Positions 8,527-19,661 of a DNA stretch of 64,000 nucleotides are shown here, one piece after another. The notes below the pieces were generated by a model, which saw only the letters and a list, made by a program, of their open reading frames with translations, did not search any database and was not told where the DNA came from. Source of the stretch: an uncultured delta proteobacterium (GTDB lineage Bacteria > Desulfobacterota > Binatia > UBA9968); NCBI GenBank assembly GCA_963727625.1, contig CAVSHR010000009.1:320001-384000 (forward strand). The letters run 5' to 3'. Numbering within the stretch: the stretch's first letter is position 1; each line of letters begins with the position of its first letter. The position numbers and the translations under genes are program-made.

Positions 8527-11500
8527 TTACTTGGCACTCAGCTCGTAGATTCTTTGAAACATCGGAGCCTTGTCAAGGCTCGCGCGCAGTTCGGAATGCT
8601 GAACACTGGCCTTCATGTGCTCAATCACCGTTCGCCCGGCGGTAAACGCCCGGCGGGCTAACTCAGGCTTTTTCGTCTCGGCATAAAGCCCGCCCAATGC
8701 GGCATGAGTCTTCCAGAGCTGCGTAGGATTACCGATCGCCTGGGCGATCGCCAGAGCTTGGCGAAAGGCGTTTTCCGCCTCGTCCCAGTGTCGATGTCGT
8801 AAAGCGATCTCTCCCCGGAGCCGCCATGCCTTCACCAAGTATTTTTTAGATTGCGTGCGCGTGGCAATATCGAAAACGTGATCGCAAAATTCTTTGGCCT
8901 TCGTGTAATCCCCACGGACCAGCCAAAGATCGCCCAAGCTCGCGAACAGGTGAGTGGAGTAGCGCCAACGCATCCATTCGCTCGTTGCCGGGTTTTTCAC
9001 GAGGCGATGCACGCCGTCGAAAAATTCCTGTGCCAGCGTCAGATCGCCTCTTACGAGATAAATATCGCCCAAGTTGATCTCCGGATTGGCAATGGTCTCG
9101 GGGTCGCCGCGCTTGCGCGCACCCGCCGCGCCGGACCGGTTCAATTCGATGCTACGCTCTAGGTCGCCGCACTCCATGTAGAGCCATCCAAGACAATTGA
9201 ACAGCCGGTTGCGATTGACCTCGTCGCCCACTTTCGCGGCAATAGCCAGACCTTCCTCCATAGTCGCAAGAGCTTCGTCGTAGTGGCCGATGCCGGTGAG
9301 GGTCACGCCGCGAAAAAAAAGACCTTGGAGGAGCGGGAACAAGAAATTGTGTTGCTGCGCGATTTGCAAGGCTTCCTTCTGCAGGCGCAGCGCCTCGGCG
9401 TAATCCCCCGCCCAATTCTTGACAAAACCCCTGAAGTTCAGCGCAAACGATTGTCGAAAAATATCTCCGGCACGGCCGCTCACAGTCACGACGCTCTCGA
9501 ACTCGCGCGCTGCCTCTTCAAGTCTACCGGTGACCCCATAGACCATACCGAGTGTGAGTCGAGCACGACCCATGACGACTTCAGCATCCGTCTCTTCAGC
9601 GATCTTTATGGCCGCTTGCGACTCCGCCAGGGCCCGCTCGAAGTCGTGAGTCCAATGCGCGGCGAATCCCATCTCGGATAACGCAACTCCCTCGCCTACG
9701 CGATCGGCAGCGCGGCGCGCGAGAAGCAGCATGGACTCACTCTCAGCCCGTGAGCGCGCGAAATCACTAAGGATGAAATAGAGATTGGCCTTGGCCTGGT
9801 GAATGGCCATTATTATTTTCAGCTCCACTTGCGCGCCGAGATGGTCCACCGCCTCCAGGGCTTGATCGTACAAGTTGATCGCTTCGCGCGTGGCGAACGC
9901 CTTGGCCGCCTTGTCCGCCCCCTTTAGAAGATACTCCAGAGCCTTGGCCCACTCTTCGGCTCTCGAGAAGTGATGGGCGAGCATTTCATACTGCTCGGCG
10001 AGCCGGTCCGTATAGAGCTCCTCGATGGCGCGAGCGATGAGCAGATGGAGTTCCTTGCGCCGCTGGATCAGAAGCGAGTTGTAGGTCACCTCATGAGTCA
10101 ACGCGTGCTTGAACATGTAGGCCAGCTCGGGGAAGAGGCTCTTCTCGTAGATCAGCTCGATCGCCTTGAGCTCGCGCAAAAACTCCTCCGTTTGCTCGCG
10201 AATCTCCGCCAGACGGTCGACCAGACGCCGGGTAAATTCTCGGCCGATGACCGAGGCGAGTTGGAGGGTTTTCTTCGGCGCTTCCGCCAACCGATCGATC
10301 CGGGCCATGATGACGTCCTGGATCGTGTCGGGGACGAAGATCTCGTCAAGCCGCTTGGCAAGGACATAACGGTCGCCGCGCTTTCGAATGACGTGGATCT
10401 CCTGCAAAGATTTGATCACTTCTTCGACAAAGAAAGGGTTCCCTTCGGCTTTACGTGCCACCAGCGTGTTCAGTCCTTCCGGCACGGCCTCCGTAGACAG
10501 AATAGCTTTGCTCATTTGGTCACTGTCTGCGGCAGAGAGGCTGTCGAGTACAATCCGCGTATGATAGGTCCGTTCTCCGAAAGGATGCTGGTAGCCTGTC
10601 CGATAGGATAGGATCTGAAGAATACGGCTGGTCGGGATGCTGTCGGCCGAAAATAGCAGCGCCTCCTGCGTTGCCTGGTCTGCCCAATGGACATCTTCGT
10701 ATACGATTACCTGAGGGTGTACCTCAGCGGCTCGGACCACCAAGCGTTTAGAGCGCAGCGAAAATTTCTCCGCGCCGGAGCTGTGGATCCATACTCAGCA
10801 CCGCCGGGTCGCCAGGATCCACGGACAGAAGGGAGCGCAGATAAGGCAGAACCGGACGGAGATCTTCGCCGAGTCGGAGAACAGCCTTTTCGATCTTGGC
10901 CGCGATTATCTCTTCGGAGTCACCGTCCTCGATCCGGAAATTCGCGCAGCAGGTCGATCAAGGGATGAAATGCCATGGCGCGTCCAAAGGACATGGTCCG
11001 TCCCTCGCTCCAAGTCGCCTCATTGCCAAGCCTGCGACGAAACTCGAGCAGCAGCCGGGATTTGCCGATTCCGGCTTCGCCAACGACAAAGACCACCTGT
11101 CCATGTCCTCCCTTGGCTTTCTCAAAACAGTCGGCGAGGATTCGAAGCTCGGGTTCGCGTCCCACGAACGGGGTGAGCCCTCGCTCGGCTCCCACCTCGA
11201 GGCGGGTCCGAGCGACTCGGGCGGAGACCACATCCCAGGCCTGAACGGGTTCGGTCTTTCCCTTTAGAAACAGCCCGCCCAGGGGTCGGGTATGGAAGTA
11301 ACCCGACACCAAATGATGGGTAACATCAGAGATCACGACGTGCCCGCGGTCGGCGCTCTGCTGGAGGCGCGCTGCCACGTTGGTGGTGTCGCCGATCGCC
11401 GTGTAGTCCATTCGAAGATCGCTGCCAATGCTTCCGACCACAACCAAACCCGTGTTGATGCCCTGACGCACGTAAAAATCGATGCCGCGGCGGCGCTTGA

Positions 11501-12020
11501 GTTCGTCACCATAGGCTTCCAACGCCTGCCTGATGCCCAGCGCTGCATGGACGGCGCGCTGCGCATGATCCTCGTGCGCGATCGGCGCGCCGAAGAGAGC
11601 CATGATGCCGTCGCCGAGAAAATGGTTCACGGTGCCCTCGTAGCGATGCACCTCGCTCAACATAAGCTCGACCGCGTGGTTGATAAGACCGTGCATGTCC
11701 TCGGGGTCCAATCGTTCGGAAAGCGCGGTGGATCCAACGACATCGACAAAAAGCACACTGACCTGTTTGCGCTCTCCTTCCAGAGCGCTTTTGGAGCTTA
11801 AGATCTTTTCTGCGAGGTGTTTTGGAGTGTAGCTTTCGGGAGAACAGAATTGGGTCGCTGTCGGGCCGGCGCTGACGGATTGCCCGCAATGGAGACAGTA
11901 TTTTGCTTCCGGCGGTAGCTCAGTGCCACATGCGGAGCAGGCCAGACCAAGGCGGGCGCCGCATTCCAAGCAAAATTTCGCCTGTGGGGGATTCTCACGC
12001 TGACAGAGCGAACACCGCAC
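8527..12020 (-). pseudogene. Double zinc ribbon-adenylate/guanylate cyclase-AAA ATPase-TPR protein, interrupted by two frameshifts (~10943, ~10750)
   Basis: CSLC..FCLECG..CSACG; GDGIMALFGAP, GDTTNVAARLQ; GEAGIGKS; bridging frame NFRIEDGDSEEIIAAKIEK...GEIFAAL links the two ORFs; GTG 12020 with GGAGG. Confidence 0.85.
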
Positions 12021-12132
12021 GTCGGAACCTCCACCTGGTTGAAAACCGAACAAGAACAGGCGACTGAAATTAACTTACGGAAGCAGATGGGTCAAGCAAC
12101 CATGAGAACTTCGTACAAGAGGTTCTTTCCAT

Positions 12133-13794
12133 TTACTCTAAAACAGATTTTTTGTATTCGGTCCGCAGCTCCGACTGAAGCCGTCCCAAGCGATATTTTT
12201 TCCAATCGATAAACTTGCCGCAATCAGCCAGCGCCGGATGCACTTCCCGGATTTTGCGCCACATCTCCTGGCAGATAAACCGGTAGTCGGGATGGCCCTG
12301 CGGCATGGTGCGGAGCTCGCACATATGCAGCGCTTCGCGCAGGTTCATCTTCATGTACCAGCGAATTTTGTAGGCGAACGGCACCACGTACTGCGCCTCG
12401 CTCGGCAGATCGGCGTAAATGCGCTCGTACAGGGCCGCGGCGCGCTCCATGCAATCGTTGAATTCGTCTTTGAAGCCCGCCTCCTCAATCTCCGGCGGCC
12501 TGTCGTAGCCGTGCACGGCGGTGAAGTCCTGGCGCTCCTGGGTGAGAATCCGGTGGCGCTGCAAATCGCGGTAAAGGCCTAGATTGCCCAGGATGTCGAA
12601 GGTGTAATAGACGTTTTCGAATGGCCGGCGGAGTTTGTCGCGCCGGTGGCGCCGTTTGCCGAAATGCTCGGCGACAATCCTGTGCCGCTCATCCGCGCTC
12701 ATTTTCGCGGCAATTTGCCGGAGCTGTTCGAGCGGATGGCGGCCATGAGCGTAAAAAATCGCCGCGATGATTTTCTCTTCGGCGGCGCCGTCGTAATCGA
12801 TCAACGTCACCGGCTCGCTTGTGGCTAATGGGGCCACGGTTGCGAATTGAGCAGCCAGCGCCTTTGTCGCCGCGCCGGTGGCGACGAGATAGTCGTTGCG
12901 CTGCGCCCTTTTGATAAACGACGGAATCAGTTGATTGAGCTCGCCGTGCATGGCGTCACCCAATTCATTGATCTCGCCGAGATCGTGCGAATAAAACTTG
13001 CTGATCAGATACTCGAACGCCTGGCCGACGCCGAACATGCCGACATTGGTCAGCGTCGCCGCCGGCAGATAACTGCGCAGCACGTCGCACGCATGCGCGC
13101 GCACGGTGGCGCGGTACGCGGTCTCAGCCCAGCGCCGCAGCCGATCGTCTTTCTTGGCGTCGGCGTATGGCAGCGCTTTCCCCGTCGTCGGATCGCGCAC
13201 CTCCAATTGTTCGATGGGCAGCGCCCCGGCGATCGACGCCAACATCGGCTCCATCTGGCGCGAGTAAGTGTCGAAGAGCAGATTCATCACGGCGACATAG
13301 TCGTCGCGCCAGCGCGAAGCCATAATCTTGGGCTCGCGGTAGAAAAGATAATTTCCGCCAGAGTCTTTCTGGTCGAAGCGGACGTAGCGCGTCGATTTCT
13401 CCAGCGGCGCGATGCCGATGCGCGCGTCTTCGAGCAGCTTCGCCGCGACGTTGGAAACATTCTCACAGGCGAGATGAGCGCCGCCCAACTGGGCGACGGA
13501 ATCGTCGCCGTAACCGACGAGAACGCGTTCGAAAAACGCCCGCGCTTTTTTTAGCGCCGCGCTGTCATCACTCGCGCTCGACGACCCGCCCAGCAGTTCT
13601 TTCAAGCCGAGCTCCGGATCGCCGAGAAATTCGTCTAGAAAAGTCCGCCGCAAACTTTTTGTCGAGCGGCTGTAGCGCGAGAACAGCGCGCCGGCCACTT
13701 CCTGGGGCAATCTGAGGCCGAAAGTCGAGCGGTCAAGGTTGGTAAAGAAAGGGGCGAGACGGATTTTTTCTTCGGCAGTGAACTCCGCGGTCAT
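12133..13794 (-). CDS. thyX: FAD-dependent thymidylate synthase, long tandem-domain form
   Basis: GYGDDSVAQLG, EKSTRYVRF, YRDLQRHR, ELRTMPQGHPDYR. Confidence 0.85.
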   Translation of the reverse strand: MTAEFTAEEKIRLAPFFTNLDRSTFGLRLPQEVAGALFSRYSRSTKSLRRTFLDEFLGDPELGLKELLGGSSSASDDSAALKKARAFFERVLVGYGDDSVAQLGGAHLACENVSNVAAKLLEDARIGIAPLEKSTRYVRFDQKDSGGNYLFYREPKIMASRWRDDYVAVMNLLFDTYSRQMEPMLASIAGALPIEQLEVRDPTTGKALPYADAKKDDRLRRWAETAYRATVRAHACDVLRSYLPAATLTNVGMFGVGQAFEYLISKFYSHDLGEINELGDAMHGELNQLIPSFIKRAQRNDYLVATGAATKALAAQFATVAPLATSEPVTLIDYDGAAEEKIIAAIFYAHGRHPLEQLRQIAAKMSADERHRIVAEHFGKRRHRRDKLRRPFENVYYTFDILGNLGLYRDLQRHRILTQERQDFTAVHGYDRPPEIEEAGFKDEFNDCMERAAALYERIYADLPSEAQYVVPFAYKIRWYMKMNLREALHMCELRTMPQGHPDYRFICQEMWRKIREVHPALADCGKFIDWKKYRLGRLQSELRTEYKKSVLE

Positions 13795-13885
13795 GCGCAA
13801 AACTTCCTCACAGAGAGCTGTCCGGCCATTCTATTCAGTTCTCGGCCAATAACAAGGCGCGTTTGGCGCCGAAACATCGAATTGT

Positions 13886-15037
13886 TTAGCGCAGCGGCTC
13901 GGGTGCGCAGACGGCGCCGACTAAGGAATTGAGCCAGCGGCCGTCGCCGGCGCACAGGCGGATCAGCGGATCGAGCAGCGCCGGCCGATAGATGGCAAAA
14001 CGCATCAACGCGTTCAACGCCAGTCGGCGGCGGAAATGTTGATGGCACAGTCGCTCATAGCGTTTGAGGAAATCGGCTGACAAATCGCCGCGGGCGAATG
14101 CGGCATCGAGGGCCTCGGCGGCGAGCATGCCGCTGCGCATGGCGAAGTAAATTCCTTCGCCGGTGACCGGCTCGCTCACCCGCGCCGCGTCACCCACGAG
14201 CAAAGCGCGTTCGCTGAAGCAGCGCCGCTTGGGAAAATAAACCGGATAGGCCGAACGGGCTTGGGAAATGTCCCGGCTGCGAGCGAGTATAGCTTTGAGA
14301 TAGGGATTACGCGCCAGCCATTTCTCCAGCAAATATTGCCGCACGCCGCCGCGAGGCAGCCGGCGTCGCTCGATTGCCAAGCAGAGATTCATCTCGCCAT
14401 CGCCGAGAGCTATCAGTCCGGCATAGCCCCCTGGAAAAAGATGGATTTCGACTTTCCCTTGCGCCGCGCCGGGACACTGCAATCGCAGCTGAAAGCCGAC
14501 CGAGCGGCCGGTCATCGCCGTCGGCCGGTTCACACCGAGCTGCTCGGCCACCCAGGAGTTGCGCCCGTCGGCGCCGATTAGAACCTTCGCCTGCCAACTC
14601 TCGCCGGCGCCGGTTGTGAGTTGCCAGCCTTGAGCAATCTTCGCGAGATGCTCGATCCGGCTACCCAGGCGAATTTGCGCGCCCGAGCTCGCCGCGCGGT
14701 CGACCAGCGTTTGATCGAACTGCGCGCGGCGCATGCCGAGACCGAAGGTTGCGGCGCCATTTTCGTCGGGAAAGCGCGCCTCGGCTTGATTGCCCGAATC
14801 CGTAGTGACCCGGAAGCCGGCCACCTTCGCATGGGGCTGAGCGAGGATTTGTTCTTCGACCGCCAATTGGCGCAACACCGGCCGATTGATCGGATTGATG
14901 AAATCGCCGCAGAGTTTTTCCCGCGGAAAGTTTTGCTTGTCGATCAGCGCGACTGCGAAGCCTCTTCTCGCCAAGGAAATCGCCGCCGCCGAGCCGGCCG
15001 GGCCGGCGCCGATAATCGCGACATCGACGTCTCGCAT
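13886..15037 (-). CDS. NAD(P)/FAD-dependent oxidoreductase (geranylgeranyl reductase-like)
   Basis: GAGPAG, FPREKLCGD, GADGRNS, VGDAA...PVTGEGI. Confidence 0.88.
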   Translation of the reverse strand: MRDVDVAIIGAGPAGSAAAISLARRGFAVALIDKQNFPREKLCGDFINPINRPVLRQLAVEEQILAQPHAKVAGFRVTTDSGNQAEARFPDENGAATFGLGMRRAQFDQTLVDRAASSGAQIRLGSRIEHLAKIAQGWQLTTGAGESWQAKVLIGADGRNSWVAEQLGVNRPTAMTGRSVGFQLRLQCPGAAQGKVEIHLFPGGYAGLIALGDGEMNLCLAIERRRLPRGGVRQYLLEKWLARNPYLKAILARSRDISQARSAYPVYFPKRRCFSERALLVGDAARVSEPVTGEGIYFAMRSGMLAAEALDAAFARGDLSADFLKRYERLCHQHFRRRLALNALMRFAIYRPALLDPLIRLCAGDGRWLNSLVGAVCAPEPLR

Positions 15038-15039
15038 AG

Positions 15040-15738
15040 TCAGCTCCTCGGCCAAATCAGTCCGAGCACGCGAAACGGAAACGCCGGCACGACCTGAAAC
15101 TCTCCGACGTCGGCGCGGTGGAACAGCCCTCGCCATTCGTCGACGGTCAACGCCCGCCGCACCGAAAGCGGCGCGTCGGTCAGCGTCATGGCGTTGCCGG
15201 TAAAACTCTTGGCGAGCCAGCGAATGCCATGATAGGCGAGCGGGTGGCGCACCAGGTCGTTAACGATCACCGCGCGGCGGGCCAGCCGGGCCCAGCCCCG
15301 CAACAACGCGATGATTTGCTCGTTGGAAAAATGGTGCAGCAGCTGCGACGCCAGAACGTAATCAAACGAAGCCGCCCGGAACGGTAGATTCAGGGCGTCG
15401 CCGCGCAGTAGTGAAATTTCCCGGTAGCCGCCGGTCTGTGTCGCCGCCTGATCCAGCGTAATTGCTTCGCGATCGAGAGCGCTAATTTGCGCCGTGATTT
15501 GCCTGCGCCGCGCCCAGCGGGCGACCAGGGTTGGGATGTCGCCGCTGCCGGTGCCGATATCGAGCAAGCTGAAACGGTGCGTTGATTTCGGATCGATCAG
15601 CCGCGCCAGGGCGCGCTCGATGTTGCGGTAGCACCCGAGGTAGCGGTTGATGATGCGCAAATTGCGCAGATCGTCGACCAGCAGCTCGCGCGGCTGGTTC
15701 GGCATGTCCATCATCTCGAGTTCGGCGCTGCGTTTCAT
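15040..15738 (-). CDS. Class I SAM-dependent methyltransferase
   Basis: LLDIGTGSGDI, LHHFS, VNDLVRH, DAPLSVRRA; overlaps ketosynthase stop. Confidence 0.85.
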   Translation of the reverse strand: MKRSAELEMMDMPNQPRELLVDDLRNLRIINRYLGCYRNIERALARLIDPKSTHRFSLLDIGTGSGDIPTLVARWARRRQITAQISALDREAITLDQAATQTGGYREISLLRGDALNLPFRAASFDYVLASQLLHHFSNEQIIALLRGWARLARRAVIVNDLVRHPLAYHGIRWLAKSFTGNAMTLTDAPLSVRRALTVDEWRGLFHRADVGEFQVVPAFPFRVLGLIWPRS

Positions 15739-17015
15739 ATCGCATCACCGCGCGCCACCACCAGCGCCGAGTTCTTCGAGCCGAAGCCGATGCAATTGCA
15801 CAGCGCGAGCTCCGTCGAACGCTCGACACGGCGATTGGGAATATAATTCAAATCGCACTCCGGGTCCGCCTCGGTGTAGTTGATCGTCGGCGGGAGAAAA
15901 TCATGATTCATCGCCAGCAGCGCCGCCGCCACGCCGGCGGCGCCCGAGGCGCCTTGCGGATGGCCGATCATCGATTTCACCGAGCTCATGGGAATCTCGT
16001 AAGCGCGCCGGCCGAAGCAGAGCTTAACTGCGATGGTTTCGGTGCGATCGTTCAATTGCGTCGAGGTGCCGTGCAAGGCCGCGTAACCGATTTCATCCTT
16101 TGCCACGCCGGCGTCTTCGATGGCCAGCCGCATCGCTCGCGCCGGCTCCTCGCCGTCGGGATTGAGCCGCACCCGGTGATAGGCATCACAGGTCGACGCG
16201 TAGCCGAGGATTTCGCCGTAGATCTTGGCGCCGCGGGTGAGCGCTCTCTCACGCTCTTCGAGAATCAACACCCATGCGCCCTCCCCGAGAACGAAGCCGT
16301 CGCGGGTCCGATCGAAGGGCCGCGACGCGCGCTCGGGCTCGTCATTGCTCGACCCCGACACCACGCGCATGACGCAGAAGCCCTGCATGATTCCCGGCGT
16401 GATCGTGGCATCGGCGCCGCCGCTGACCAGATGGTCCGCCAGGCCGAAGCGAATCATATTAAAGGCGTACCCGAGCGCATCGGTCGAGCTGGTGCAGCCG
16501 GTGGAAATCAAATGGCTCGGCCCGCGAAAACCGAAACGCAGCGATAGCTCGCTCGACAGGCTGCCGGGCGTCGAGCTGGAAACATTGTAGGCGCTCACCC
16601 GGCGCAGCTGATCGGCGAAATAAAGCCGGTATTGTTCTTCGGTGAAATCGGGCGTGCCACCGCCGCTGCCGATGACCACTCCCCAGGATTGCCTTTCTTC
16701 GGTGCTCAAACCCTGCGCGCAGATGCCGGCCCGGCTCAACGCCTCGCCGGCGGCGGCGATAAGCAGCGGCACGGCGCGACCGACCCGGCGCATTTCCTGC
16801 TGCGTGATGAAGCCGTCAATAGAAAAGTTTTTGATCTCTGCCGCAACCCGGCAGTCGAGCTCGCCGGCATCGAACAGGGTTATCGAAGCCACGCCGCTCA
16901 CGCCGCCGCGCAGCGCCGCGCAGTAGGCATCGGCGCCGACGCCGTTGGGCGCCACCACGCCGATACCGGTCACCACGACGCGCCGCGGCGATGGATAGGA
17001 CTTTCGCGACTTCAT
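15735..17015 (-). CDS. Beta-ketoacyl synthase (FabF / type II PKS KS-alpha-like)
   Basis: RRVVVTGIG, STGCTSS (catalytic Cys), HGTST, KSMIGHPQG, GFGSKN. Confidence 0.9.
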   Translation of the reverse strand: MKSRKSYPSPRRVVVTGIGVVAPNGVGADAYCAALRGGVSGVASITLFDAGELDCRVAAEIKNFSIDGFITQQEMRRVGRAVPLLIAAAGEALSRAGICAQGLSTEERQSWGVVIGSGGGTPDFTEEQYRLYFADQLRRVSAYNVSSSTPGSLSSELSLRFGFRGPSHLISTGCTSSTDALGYAFNMIRFGLADHLVSGGADATITPGIMQGFCVMRVVSGSSNDEPERASRPFDRTRDGFVLGEGAWVLILEERERALTRGAKIYGEILGYASTCDAYHRVRLNPDGEEPARAMRLAIEDAGVAKDEIGYAALHGTSTQLNDRTETIAVKLCFGRRAYEIPMSSVKSMIGHPQGASGAAGVAAALLAMNHDFLPPTINYTEADPECDLNYIPNRRVERSTELALCNCIGFGSKNSALVVARGDAI

Positions 17016-17105
17016 CTTGACTCTGCACTAGGGAAATAGTTTCATTTGGGAGCATAGCATCCCGATTCGTCGCAAGTAAGCTGTTGGGAGAATGACATCG
17101 TGTCG

Positions 17106-18014
17106 ATGAGGTTAATAGTCACGGGAGGGAGCGGTTTCATCGGTGCTCCCCTGTGCGCCGCGCTCTTGGAACAGGGTCATGCGCTCACTTTATTTACCCG
17201 CACCTCGCCGCGCGATCCTAACACCGGCACCAAACGCTGGCTCCATTGGACGCCGGGAACCCTGCGCGACTGGGACGAAGCGTTGGACGGCGCCGATGGT
17301 ATCATCAACCTCGCCGGCGAGCCGATCGCGGCTAAGAGCTGGTCCAACCACCAGCGCCGCCGCATCGAGAGAAGCCGCATCGACGCGACCCGTAGCTTGA
17401 TCCAGGCCTGCGCCAAGGCCAAGGTAAAACCGAAGTTTCTCATCAACGCCTCCGCCGTCGGTTATTATGGCCCGCACGGCGATGAAGTGATCACCGAAGA
17501 AACGCCGCCGGGCAATGATTTTCTCAGCATGGTCTGCCACCAGTGGGAAGAAGAAGCGATGAAGGCCGAAGCACTGGGTCTTCGGGTCGTTCGCTTACGC
17601 ATCGGCATCGTTCTCGGTCCGGGCGGCGGTGCGTTGAAGAAGATGGCCGAGCCCTTCAAGTATTTCGTCGGTGGCGCACTCGGTTCGGGACAGCAATGGA
17701 TGTCGTGGATTCACCTCGAAGATTTGATCCGCTTGATCGCCGTTGTGATCGACAACCCCCAGGCCCACGGCCCGGTCAACGCCACCGCGCCCAATCCGGT
17801 GCGCAATAAGGAATTCAGCCAAGCGCTGGGAAAATTACTGGGCCGCCCGAGTTGGTTGCCGGTACCGGGATTCGCGCTCAAACTCGCCCTGGGCGAGATG
17901 GCGGATATGCTGCTCACCGGGCAGCGGGTCGTTCCCGCCGCCGCTGAAAAACTCGGTTTCCAATTTCGCTATCCCAACCTTCCCGAAGCGCTCGAAGCTT
18001 GCATGCCGCTGTGA
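17106..18014 (+). CDS. TIGR01777-family NAD-dependent epimerase/oxidoreductase
   Basis: TGGSGFIG, NLAGEPI, ASAVGYYG, GQQWMSWIH. Confidence 0.9.
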   Translation: MRLIVTGGSGFIGAPLCAALLEQGHALTLFTRTSPRDPNTGTKRWLHWTPGTLRDWDEALDGADGIINLAGEPIAAKSWSNHQRRRIERSRIDATRSLIQACAKAKVKPKFLINASAVGYYGPHGDEVITEETPPGNDFLSMVCHQWEEEAMKAEALGLRVVRLRIGIVLGPGGGALKKMAEPFKYFVGGALGSGQQWMSWIHLEDLIRLIAVVIDNPQAHGPVNATAPNPVRNKEFSQALGKLLGRPSWLPVPGFALKLALGEMADMLLTGQRVVPAAAEKLGFQFRYPNLPEALEACMPL

Positions 18015-18060
18015 CGCGGGACTAGCTGGCCCAACTTATTTAGCTGCGGCAATAACGACG

Positions 18061-18885
18061 ATGGACTATAAAGACAAAGTAATCTTGATCACCGGCGCTT
18101 CCAACGGCATCGGCAGGCAACTCGCGGTAGAATTCGCTGAGCGCGGCGCCATTGTCGCCGGCTGCGGCCGATCCATCGCCCGGCTCAAAGAGGCGTTGAA
18201 GGAAGTGCGCCGCGCTAGCCCGACTTCGGTGATGATCGGTTGCGACGTGAGCGAGGCCGAACAGGTCAAGGGCATGGTCGGCAAGGTGCTCGAGGATTAC
18301 GGCAAGATCGATATTTTGATCAACAACGCCGGCGTCGGCATGCGCCGCCCCTTCGTTGAAACGCCCTTAGAAACGATCGAGACGATCACACGGACGAATT
18401 ATTTGGGAGCCGTCTACTGCGCCTATGAAGTGCTGCCGTCGATGATCGCCCGCGGTCGCGGCCATATCGTTAATATATCGTCGGCCGCCGGCAAGATCGG
18501 CACGCTCAACATGGCGGCCTATTGCGGCTCGAAATTCGCGCTCAACGGCTGGTCGGAAAGCCTGTACCACGAGCTCAAGCCGCTCGGCATCGACGTCACG
18601 GTGATCTGCCCCGGACCGGTGCAAACCGATTTCAGCCGTGATTTCCGCGACACCGTTCCAAAAGCGCCGCCGGAGCGCATCGTCTCAGTTGCGACGGTAT
18701 GCCAGGAAGTCATCAAGGCTATCGAAAAAAATAAGTTCGAAGTGGTCATGCCGCGCTGGGTGGCACGAATCGAAGCGTTAAAGCGCCATCTGCCCAATTT
18801 GTTTCTCGCTTTGGCCCACCGCCATTTTCGCGTCTACGTGTCAAAATCGGAAACGCCGCGGCGGGAAGAAACGGATGGGAACTAA
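18061..18885 (+). CDS. SDR family oxidoreductase
   Basis: TGASNGIG, NNAG, YCGSK. Confidence 0.92.
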   Translation: MDYKDKVILITGASNGIGRQLAVEFAERGAIVAGCGRSIARLKEALKEVRRASPTSVMIGCDVSEAEQVKGMVGKVLEDYGKIDILINNAGVGMRRPFVETPLETIETITRTNYLGAVYCAYEVLPSMIARGRGHIVNISSAAGKIGTLNMAAYCGSKFALNGWSESLYHELKPLGIDVTVICPGPVQTDFSRDFRDTVPKAPPERIVSVATVCQEVIKAIEKNKFEVVMPRWVARIEALKRHLPNLFLALAHRHFRVYVSKSETPRREETDGN

Positions 18886-18924
18886 TCCGGCTGACAAACG
18901 GTTGGTTGGCTGGAGGAAATTTCC

Positions 18925-19512
18925 ATGATCCGACGTCTGTTCTGTTTACTTGTCTTGGCGACCCTGAGCGCAGCTCCGGCATTAGCCCAGCTCGGCCCGA
19001 CGGGCAGCAGCAAGCTAAGCCCAACCGACCTCGACCGGGTAAAAGTCGGCCAGCCCGCGCCGGATTTCACTTTGGAAGACCTCGAGCGGAAAACGATCAC
19101 GCTGTCGGATTTTCGCGGCAAGAAAAGCGTCGTCATGGTATTCTATCGCGGATACTGGTGACCTTTTTGTGTAGGTCAGCTCGGGAAGCTGAAAAGTTTA
19201 TTGGCCAAACAGCAGAAAGAAAAAGTTCAGATTCTGGCGGTCAGCGTCGACAGCCATGAAGATTCGAAAAAATTCGGCGAGATGCTGCGCAGGCGATTCG
19301 ACGGCGACTTCGACTTTCCGTTACTCGAGGACAAAGACCACAAAGTGATCGACCGCTACGGCATCTTCAACCCCGACGGCCGCGGCTGGCCGCATCCGTC
19401 GACGTTCGTAATCGACCCGAAGGGCGTCGTTCGCTGGAAATTCATCGAGACCGACTACACCAAGCGACCAACCAACCAGCAGATTCACCGGGAGCTGGCG
19501 AAGATAAAATAA
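18925..19512 (+). CDS. Exported peroxiredoxin-like (AhpC/TSA-type) protein; TGA 19159-19161 probably selenocysteine (UxxC)
   Basis: ORFs 18925..19161 and 19201..19512 share a frame; read-through gives FYRGYW-U-PFC-VGQLGKL at the CxxC position; signal peptide. Confidence 0.8.
19176..19192 (+). promoter_or_regulatory. Candidate bacterial SECIS hairpin
   Basis: TCAGCT-CGGGA-AGCTGA stem-loop beginning 14 nt after the TGA. Confidence 0.55.
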
Positions 19513-19661
19513 TTCGGCGGAATTCAGAGAGGCGGCGAGCGAGTGTAGTTGCACGCCGATAGCAGTCGGATTTCTAAGGCCAGCCGACGGAAATTAGTAG
19601 ACGTATCCGCACTGGCTCGCCACGTTCTCTGACAAAACTGCAGCTGGAGGGTGCTGCAAAG

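Noticed and set aside
12133-13885. thyX as part of the ketosynthase cluster
   Set aside because: A 91-bp gap holds a plausible promoter of its own (TTGTTA-N16-TAGAAT on the minus strand); housekeeping function
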